Positions 7,072 to 12,845 of a stretch of DNA of 24,931 bases are shown one piece after another (positions within the stretch are counted from its first letter, which is position 1; each line of letters opens with the position of its first letter). The notes under the pieces were generated by a model. The model saw only the letters and a list, made by a program, of their open reading frames with translations, had not been told where the DNA came from and searched no databases. This DNA comes from a virus (Duplodnaviria; Caudoviricetes), in the IMG/VR virus record IMGVR_UViG_3300042475_001758, positions 1-24,931 of that record; one strand, written 5' to 3'. The position numbers were made by a program, and so were the translations under genes.

Positions 7072-7179
7072 TGAGAGTTCTTTGGGGGTGTCAGTAGGCT
7101 TAGTTAGAAGATTCTAACATAATCCTCTTCTGTCTGTGTTAAACAGGGGGAGGGGGGTTGTAGTAGGATAGTTAGAAGA

Positions 7180-7422
7180 TTAAGATAAACTATACTCTTC
7201 TTCTTTCTTAGCTTTATACTCACTTAGAATATGATAAGCCTTTAGTTCTGTTTCTACTACACAGTATTCTAGTTGATACTCTCTAGTAGACATACTTGAA
7301 AGGTCTTCTAGTACTCCTTCCCAGTAGCCTTGTTCTTTACCAAAGCCAAAGAAAGGTCGTCCTAGACTAATCCATACTTGAGGAACATAGCCTTTTGATA
7401 CTTTTACTACTCTGGTTTTCAT
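7180..7422 (-). CDS. Hypothetical protein (80 aa)
   Basis: Start moved to ATG 7422 (MKTRVV; ATGA overlap, AAGGA SD). Confidence 0.72.
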   Translation of the reverse strand: MKTRVVKVSKGYVPQVWISLGRPFFGFGKEQGYWEGVLEDLSSMSTREYQLEYCVVETELKAYHILSEYKAKKEEEYSLS

Positions 7423-7610
7423 TGTTGCATCCTTTTGTTGTAGTCTACATAGTCTTCTAACCAACGATAATTTTTAGTAAAGACTTGTCCAGTAGCTTGA
7501 CTACGTACTTCTACTCCTCCTCGTCCTTTAAATCTAAGTACTACAGCAGGAAAACCTGTATCAAGGTTAACTACTAGTTGACCATGACGAAATGGACCTT
7601 TTCTCTTCAT
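7419..7610 (-). CDS. Hypothetical protein (63 aa)
   Basis: ATGA overlap, GGAGG SD. Confidence 0.72.
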   Translation of the reverse strand: MKRKGPFRHGQLVVNLDTGFPAVVLRFKGRGGVEVRSQATGQVFTKNYRWLEDYVDYNKRMQQ

Positions 7611-7861
7611 ACTAGTGCCTCCAGACGGTTATAAACAGGCATAGGTACATCTTGTTGTACTTTACGCTCCCAGCGGTCTTTTGCTAGACTACGCACATTG
7701 TCTCCTACCTCGTAGTCGTAGACATAGTCGTTGTCAAACCAGGTTACCTTTACTTTATCTACAGTAATACGAGCCCACTTGTTACGAGTCTTATGCTTGT
7801 ACCAACCTTGATCACAGTAGAAATGACGGTTGTTACGGTTTGTTACAACAATATCGCTCAT
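7607..7861 (-). CDS. Hypothetical protein (84 aa)
   Basis: ATGA overlap, AAGGA SD. Confidence 0.75.
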   Translation of the reverse strand: MSDIVVTNRNNRHFYCDQGWYKHKTRNKWARITVDKVKVTWFDNDYVYDYEVGDNVRSLAKDRWERKVQQDVPMPVYNRLEALV

Positions 7862-8160
7862 AGACCTAGTTCCTTCTTTAGTTTTTCATATTGGTTAAGT
7901 TTGTAATTTAACTGACTCTGCTCCGCTTTCTTCTTGCGTAGAGCACACTCTTCTGCTGTTTCCAGTCGATAAAAGACCCAGTTATGATTACAAGCTCTTT
8001 CATCATAAGGGTCGTCAAAGTCTAAACTATAGTAAACACCATCACAACCTTCAGTCTTCTTTGCTTCTACGTCGATACGAGAACAGTAGAGACTTAACTC
8101 ACTAGCTGACATAGACTCAGGAGTAAAGCTTACTCGTTTAAGTTCGATTTTACTCGACAT
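7858..8160 (-). CDS. Hypothetical protein (100 aa)
   Basis: Likely start ATG 8160 (MSSKIE), overlapping the deaminase stop. Confidence 0.7.
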   Translation of the reverse strand: MSSKIELKRVSFTPESMSASELSLYCSRIDVEAKKTEGCDGVYYSLDFDDPYDERACNHNWVFYRLETAEECALRKKKAEQSQLNYKLNQYEKLKKELGL

Positions 8161-8530
8161 TCCATCCATCCTTTGTTGTGTAGTAAACAGTAGGTATAAA
8201 AAAGGCTTCAATCGCCTTCTGACAACCTACACAGGGTTTAGAGTTACTCAACGAACCATCCTTACAAACTCTTGCTACGTACAGTGTAGAGTGCTTTAAA
8301 ACAGTTGTACCATAGCGACGTATAGCACGAGTTATACAGTCGATTTCAGCATGCAACTCTACTGCTTCAGGATGCTTACAATACCGTTTCATCATTGGAT
8401 GAGTTTTGTATTGGTTAACTCCTGTTGCTAACAATCGGCCTTTATAGTACAACGCAGCTGCATGCTTCGATCGATAGACAGGTGGTGTTGCTATTGCTAG
8501 CGCTACAGTCTTTATTTTTTCTTTTCCCAC
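8150..8530 (-). CDS. Second cytidine/dCMP-deaminase-superfamily protein
   Basis: HAEIDCI and SKPCVGC Zn-binding motifs; KHAAAL..KGRLLATGVN N-terminus; LYVAR. Confidence 0.82.
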   Translation of the reverse strand: MGKEKIKTVALAIATPPVYRSKHAAALYYKGRLLATGVNQYKTHPMMKRYCKHPEAVELHAEIDCITRAIRRYGTTVLKHSTLYVARVCKDGSLSNSKPCVGCQKAIEAFFIPTVYYTTKDGWNVE

Positions 8531-8820
8531 AATCGACCTGCTTCAAAAGCTTCTTTAAAGGTTTGACGAACACTATAGTCTTGTTCTGCAGGTTGTCCCT
8601 GCCACTCGTCAAAGGCTTTCTCCCAGTCTGCTTTACAGTTACGTAGTTTCATATTCGGACCAGAATAGTAGTCTCCGTCTTCCTTTTTAGTGAAAGACCA
8701 GATGACTCCATTCCACCATTCTACTATAACACGGTTGTTAGACGCTGTACCAATTAGCGTTACACGAGTGTCATTAATACTATCTCCAAAAGCTTCTAGT
8801 GGTTTTTTCAAGTCGATCAT
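8512..8820 (-). CDS. Hypothetical protein (102 aa), paralog of 8817-9110
   Basis: ATGA overlap; shares motifs with neighbour. Confidence 0.75.
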   Translation of the reverse strand: MIDLKKPLEAFGDSINDTRVTLIGTASNNRVIVEWWNGVIWSFTKKEDGDYYSGPNMKLRNCKADWEKAFDEWQGQPAEQDYSVRQTFKEAFEAGRLWEKKK

Positions 8821-9110
8821 TTCTTAGCTCCTGCTTCATAGCCTTTTCTAAAGATAGTCTCTTCTGTGTAGTCAAAGTTAGGAGCTTTATTCAGGTAGTA
8901 TCGGTCAAAAGCTACTTCCCAAGGCTCTTTGACGTTGCGAATACAACCTACTCCGTTGATATGCCCTGTTGTTGCATCTGCACGATAGATAAGACTAGCA
9001 AAAGAGGATTCTACAATTGCTTGTCTACCATTAAGACTCCAACCTACAAAGTGCAGTTTTACAGAGGGGTCGGTGACTAGCTCAATAGGACGGTGCCAGT
9101 TAATCGGCAT
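8817..9110 (-). CDS. Hypothetical protein (97 aa), paralog of 8512-8820
   Basis: GAAGGA SD; shares motifs with neighbour. Confidence 0.75.
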   Translation of the reverse strand: MPINWHRPIELVTDPSVKLHFVGWSLNGRQAIVESSFASLIYRADATTGHINGVGCIRNVKEPWEVAFDRYYLNKAPNFDYTEETIFRKGYEAGAKK

Positions 9111-9324
9111 AGTAAGTTCCTTCTGGTAAGCCGAGAGCTGTTAGAGCTTCTCGAAGCTGTTGGTTTGACATTTCTACTACTTCATATCGTTCATACTCTT
9201 CATTCCATTGTCGTACAAAGACACCGTCTTCATCGAGAATCCACTCGATGTCTTCTAGCTGACCTTCATCGTCTAGGACAGTTACTACAGAGGCTTTGAA
9301 TACGTGTTCTACTGTAAAGGTCAT
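9100..9324 (-). CDS. Acidic hypothetical protein (74 aa)
   Basis: ATGA overlap with upstream ORF. Confidence 0.78.
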   Translation of the reverse strand: MTFTVEHVFKASVVTVLDDEGQLEDIEWILDEDGVFVRQWNEEYERYEVVEMSNQQLREALTALGLPEGTYYAD

Positions 9325-9458
9325 TTACGTACCGTTCCATACCAGTATAGACCTTCTTTATATACTAAGCCTACTGTTGACCAGCCTAGAGACTGTAGTC
9401 GAGCTAACTCTGCGAGTAACTTAGACTCAGAGAAAGCTCGTAGTGTTTGTTGGATCAT
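9321..9458 (-). CDS. Hypothetical protein (45 aa)
   Basis: Not in track. MIQQTLRAFSESKLLAELARLQSLGWSTVGLVYKEGLYWYGTVRK; GAGGT SD; ATGA coupling. Confidence 0.68.
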   Translation of the reverse strand: MIQQTLRAFSESKLLAELARLQSLGWSTVGLVYKEGLYWYGTVRK

Positions 9459-9502
9459 TTTGACCTCAGTTAGCCATGATAAAAAAAGTTAAGTGTAGTA
9501 GA

Positions 9503-9520
9503 AGCCCCCCGAAGGGGGCT
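9503..9520 (-). terminator. cUUCGg hairpin, possible weak terminator
   Basis: AGCCCCC-TTCG-GGGGGCT; the T7 run is displaced ~15 nt downstream. Confidence 0.55.
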
Positions 9521-9704
9521 AATACGCCAAGCAGCAGCCTACTACTATACTACCCCCTAGCGCAATTAAAAAACCAGAGGGTAGTAAAAATAAGAAGAAT
9601 AGGAAACCACCTATGATACCATTAGTAGTTCCTAACTTAAGACCTACTCTTCCGTGAATGATTACCCAGAAGATACTGAACAGCAGGATAGAGCTTGCTA
9701 ACAT
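9519..9704 (-). CDS. Hydrophobic hypothetical membrane protein (~61 aa)
   Basis: MLASSILLF...; weak SD, overlaps 9637-9789 by 68 nt. Confidence 0.45.
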   Translation of the reverse strand: MLASSILLFSIFWVIIHGRVGLKLGTTNGIIGGFLFFLFLLPSGFLIALGGSIVVGCCLAY

Positions 9705-9789
9705 TTTTCTTGTATCCAAAGAAGAGAAATTGAAGAGTCAGCCTAGTTCCTAACCATGAAGTTAGAATAACTAGAAAAGCTTCTGTCAT
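9637..9789 (-). CDS. Small hydrophobic protein (50 aa)
   Basis: Not in track. MTEAFLVILTSWLGTRLTLQFLFFGYKK...; GAGGAGG SD; ATGA overlap. Confidence 0.6.
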   Translation of the reverse strand: MTEAFLVILTSWLGTRLTLQFLFFGYKKNVSKLYPAVQYLLGNHSRKSRS

Positions 9790-9872
9790 CTTTCCTCCTC
9801 TTCTTTATACATTAGATACAAAATAAAAGCAGAAGCCGCAAGCATAAACAAGATTTCAAGTGCGGTAAGCAT
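9786..9872 (-). CDS. 28-aa single-TM micropeptide
   Basis: Not in track. MLTALEILFMLAASAFILYLMYKEEEER; AGGAG SD. Confidence 0.65.
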   Translation of the reverse strand: MLTALEILFMLAASAFILYLMYKEEEER

Positions 9873-9935
9873 TTAGTTTTTCTCCTGTAAAGGCAAGAAA
9901 CACCCGATTAAGAAAATAGTAAAAAGTACTAGCAT
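9873..9935 (-). CDS. 20-aa hydrophobic micropeptide
   Basis: Not in track. MLVLFTIFLIGCFLPLQEKN; AAGGAG SD; stop abuts next ATG. Confidence 0.55.
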   Translation of the reverse strand: MLVLFTIFLIGCFLPLQEKN

Positions 9936-9946
9936 AGTTTTTCTCC

Positions 9947-10213
9947 TTACACAAGGGTTGGGGCAGTGAAGCCTGGATAGTAAACAGCAACTCGTTTAGC
10001 TGCTTTCTTCAGCAACTCATTTACCGAAGCTACTTCTTGAACACTCATTGTAGGCCTTTCATCGTAGTAACGAAGTACCTCATAAAAGTAATCAAGTTGG
10101 TATTTTTTAACTTCTTCACGAAGTTTGTTAAACTTGTAAACTCGTTCATACCATTCATGAGCAGCTACTACGATACCGATTACAACAAGAGTTACAAAGG
10201 TTGCAGTCCACAT
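9947..10213 (-). CDS. N-terminally membrane-anchored hypothetical protein (88 aa)
   Basis: AAGGAG SD; hydrophobic N-terminus. Confidence 0.78.
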   Translation of the reverse strand: MWTATFVTLVVIGIVVAAHEWYERVYKFNKLREEVKKYQLDYFYEVLRYYDERPTMSVQEVASVNELLKKAAKRVAVYYPGFTAPTLV

Positions 10214-10237
10214 TTCAATCTCCTTTTAAGGGTTAAG

Positions 10238-10354
10238 TAAGCAGTTTCTCACTTGCTTAGGTGATGTCGTGGTTATACTCAATAGCTCCTTATCCACACT
10301 ATTGAGAACTCCGCATGCTCCCGGAGTAACGAGCTAGCCTCTGTAGTTGCTAGC
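10238..10354 (-). ncRNA. Structured leader RNA, copy A (tandem pseudoknots)
   Basis: 35 bp identical to 11540-11574; remainder keeps stems through compensatory changes with conserved loops. Confidence 0.75.
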
Positions 10355-10410
10355 GAACGCAGTTTCATTTGTTTTGTGGTATATTTATACACCCCCACTA
10401 GGGTGTTTCC

Positions 10411-10632
10411 TTAATAAGAACGTCTACCTGAAAAAGGCTTTAAACCAGCTGCTACATCATATAGCATCTGGTAAGCTACGTCAGTTGACGCGTAGTAGCA
10501 CTCAGGCCAGCAAAAGCCAGCCTGAATTTTTCTGTTACAGACAAACTGTCCAAACCTTAGAGTTGACCGAAGACTTGAATCGCTAGACCAAGTGTTCCAG
10601 AGCGTTCTAAGCTCTTCAGTTGTGAGTTCCAT
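10411..10632 (-). CDS. Hypothetical protein (73 aa)
   Basis: GGGAG SD; LRFGQFVCN segment. Confidence 0.72.
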   Translation of the reverse strand: MELTTEELRTLWNTWSSDSSLRSTLRFGQFVCNRKIQAGFCWPECYYASTDVAYQMLYDVAAGLKPFSGRRSY

Positions 10633-10781
10633 TTCTTTTTGACTCCCTTTATTCTAAACACAATAACAAGATCAGCTTCTCTCAGCCGATGCTTCCAACC
10701 GTGTTCAGTTACAAGTAGCTCATAGGTGACCCAAGAAACTTCAAGAAGTTTACCTGAGTCCAGTTGTGCGTAGTATCTCAT
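10557..10781 (-). CDS. Hypothetical protein (74 aa)
   Basis: Starts 2 nt after upstream stop; 3' end overlaps next gene by 76 nt. Confidence 0.6.
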   Translation of the reverse strand: MRYYAQLDSGKLLEVSWVTYELLVTEHGWKHRLREADLVIVFRIKGVKKKWNSQLKSLERSGTLGLAIQVFGQL

Positions 10782-10783
10782 TC

Positions 10784-10954
10784 TTAGCTCAACAATTTTA
10801 TGGGCTCAGGAGTATAATCTTTTTCAATAGCAGCAACACAAAGACGACCGTAGTTGCTTAACTCTTCTTTTGAAAGAGTTTTGAGTTCATCGTGTCGAAC
10901 TACTTTACCCGTGCTAGCGTGAACGACTTTAGCTTCAGAGTTGATCGCGAACAT
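10784..10954 (-). CDS. Hypothetical protein (56 aa)
   Basis: Start moved to ATG 10954 (MFAINS; CAGGAG SD); the track's extension covers a pseudoknot motif. Confidence 0.72.
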   Translation of the reverse strand: MFAINSEAKVVHASTGKVVRHDELKTLSKEELSNYGRLCVAAIEKDYTPEPIKLLS

Positions 10955-10981
10955 TTTGTTCTCCTGTGAGGGGTTGATGTT

Positions 10982-11009
10982 GAGCAGTTTAAAGACTTGC
11001 TTAGGTCTT
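10982..11009 (-). ncRNA. Single H-type pseudoknot motif
   Basis: AAGAC-CTA-AGCA-A-GTCTT-TAAAC-TGCT; stem 1 covaries relative to the other copies. Confidence 0.65.
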
Positions 11010-11013
11010 AGCC

Positions 11014-11268
11014 TCAAGAAATACGGTTTAGCTCTTCTTCAGCCAACCATAGCTCTTCTCTTGCACTTTGAACGGCTTCTTGCAAAGCATCGTCTTCAGG
11101 GGCAGATTCGAGTGTGTCTTCACTAAGAAAATAAGCAGCTTGCTCGGCGAGCAGCAACTTTGTCTTAGCATGAGCAACACTCTCTTCGTACCATTTCTTT
11201 TCAAAGTATCCGCAAGCTTGATTAAGCTCGGCATCTACGGAAAAGAGGTTACGAATGAACTTCAGCAT
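11014..11268 (-). CDS. Hypothetical protein (84 aa)
   Basis: AGGAGG SD. Confidence 0.78.
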   Translation of the reverse strand: MLKFIRNLFSVDAELNQACGYFEKKWYEESVAHAKTKLLLAEQAAYFLSEDTLESAPEDDALQEAVQSAREELWLAEEELNRIS

Positions 11269-11293
11269 GGGGTCCTCCTGATTGCTGAGTGGG

Positions 11294-11318
11294 TGAGCAG
11301 TTAGTCGCTTGCTCAGGC
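11294..11318 (-). ncRNA. Single H-type pseudoknot motif (weak stem 1)
   Basis: GC-C-TGAGCA-A-GC-GACTAAC-TGCTCA; stem 2 covaries (TAAGCA/TGCTTA to TGAGCA/TGCTCA). Confidence 0.55.
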
Positions 11319-11325
11319 CAAGACG

Positions 11326-11514
11326 TTAAAGCGTCATTACGAGGTGATATACTGCAGCACCATCGAGGGTTGCTGTCACATCTTCATGCAGCTGAAGAGC
11401 TTCTTTCAAAGCTTCTTCTTTGTTAGCCGACATGAAGTAGTCACTCGTCATAAAACCGTTTTCACCATCGTCGGTAGTGAAAGCCAGTTTGACTAGGTAC
11501 GGCATCGCTCTCAT
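11326..11514 (-). CDS. Hypothetical protein (62 aa), first gene of minus-strand block
   Basis: AAGGAGG SD. Confidence 0.78.
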   Translation of the reverse strand: MRAMPYLVKLAFTTDDGENGFMTSDYFMSANKEEALKEALQLHEDVTATLDGAAVYHLVMTL

Positions 11515-11539
11515 TAGAGCCTCCTTGGTTCAGGGTTGA

Positions 11540-11657
11540 TAAGCAGTTTCTCACTTGCTTAGGTGATGTCGTGGCTATATCCTACAGTTCCTTATCCACA
11601 CTGTAGAAACCCGTCCTGCTCCTCGGGTAAGCGAGCCAGCCCCTAGAAAGCTCTGGC
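11540..11657 (-). ncRNA. Structured leader RNA, copy B (tandem pseudoknots)
   Basis: See copy A; stem TTCTACAGT/ACTGTAGGA replaces CTCAATAGT/GCTATTGAG around the identical loop GTGGATAAGGA. Confidence 0.75.
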
Positions 11658-11753
11658 ATGGATTCTCATTAGACTTGATTTAGTCTTTTGATTATTCATC
11701 ATTATAGATACGTACTTTTCCTCACTTTTTAAACACAATTTTTAGGAATACAA

Positions 11754-12452
11754 ATGACCAAAACAAGAACTCGTGTCCGTTCGAATCAAGCTCGTCCCTT
11801 AGTAGATAAGGCAGTTCACATTCAACCTAAAACTCAGACTCAAGATCGATTGTTAAGAGCAGTAGAGAGCAGTCAGTTAGTTGTTACTATAGGACCTGCT
11901 GGTGTCGGTAAGACTTACTGTGCAGTAAATGCAGCTGTAAACTTACTTGTACAAGGACGTGTAAAGAAACTTGTTTTAGTTCGTGCTAATATTCCTACAG
12001 GAAAAACCCTTGGTTCTTTTCCCGGAGACATTTATGATAAGCTTGGGCCTTGGTTGGCTCCAATGACTAGTGAGATTAAGAAAAGACTTGGTGCTAATGA
12101 CTACGACGCTAAACGTCACTCAGGACAGATTGAGTTTCATCCTCTAGAAACTATTCGTGGTGCTAGTTTCGAAGATACAATTATTCTTGTTGATGAGTCT
12201 CAGAATTTAACTTATGAAGAAGTGAAAGCAATTACTACACGTATCGGTGAAGGCTCTAAGATGATTCTCATGGGTGATCCGATGCAGCGTGATACACGTG
12301 ACTCAGGACTTGTGGAATTTAAGAAGATTATTAATAAATATAATTTAGAAGTACCTGTGATTGAGTTCACAGTTGAAGATATTGTTCGTTCAGATCTTGT
12401 TGCGTCTCTTGTAAAAGCTTATCTTTTTCATGAAAAACACACAACTCTCTGA
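11754..12452 (+). CDS. phoH: PhoH-family ATPase
   Basis: GPAGVGKT Walker A, LGSFPGD, IRGASF, VDESQN, TTRIGEGSK, GDPMQRD, DIVRS motifs. Confidence 0.93.
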   Translation: MTKTRTRVRSNQARPLVDKAVHIQPKTQTQDRLLRAVESSQLVVTIGPAGVGKTYCAVNAAVNLLVQGRVKKLVLVRANIPTGKTLGSFPGDIYDKLGPWLAPMTSEIKKRLGANDYDAKRHSGQIEFHPLETIRGASFEDTIILVDESQNLTYEEVKAITTRIGEGSKMILMGDPMQRDTRDSGLVEFKKIINKYNLEVPVIEFTVEDIVRSDLVASLVKAYLFHEKHTTL

Positions 12453-12526
12453 CCTTTTGAAAAATAAGCAAAAAAATTAAACAACTTATTTCAACATGAA
12501 ATGACAAAAATAAAGGACAACAAACT

Positions 12527-12835
12527 ATGGCTAGAAATCAAGAAGCAGTACAAGTGCCAGTTGGCGTGTGGACTGAACTAACAGGTGGCGATGCTACTAA
12601 AATTACTTGGCAAATTGTAACTAATGAAGAGAAACTAAATGGTGTATTTCTTCGCGTAACTTCAAATACAGTAGCCCCTACTGAACAGTATGGTTTGCAC
12701 TTTAGTACTTGGGATGATCCAGAAATTAATCGCACTGTTACTGATTACCAAGCAGGGTTTTCAGGTGCTAAGCGTGTTTGGGCAAAAGCTATCAAAGAAG
12801 CTGTAGTAGTACTAGTATCAGACGATTCTGTATAA
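12527..12835 (+). CDS. Hypothetical protein (102 aa), possibly virion-associated
   Basis: AAGGA SD; beta-rich; directly upstream of portal. Confidence 0.75.
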   Translation: MARNQEAVQVPVGVWTELTGGDATKITWQIVTNEEKLNGVFLRVTSNTVAPTEQYGLHFSTWDDPEINRTVTDYQAGFSGAKRVWAKAIKEAVVVLVSDDSV

Positions 12836-12845
12836 GGAATAACAA

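Noticed and set aside
10238-11657. CRISPR array or known self-cleaving ribozyme reading of the repeats
   Set aside because: Repeats are separated by genes, not spacers; no CUGANGA/GAAA hammerhead or twister/pistol core found by eye.
11660-11753. Sigma70 promoters in the divergent gap (TATAAT on minus at 11701-11706)
   Set aside because: No -35 at a proper spacing; AT-rich background makes it unsupportable, although promoters probably lie here.
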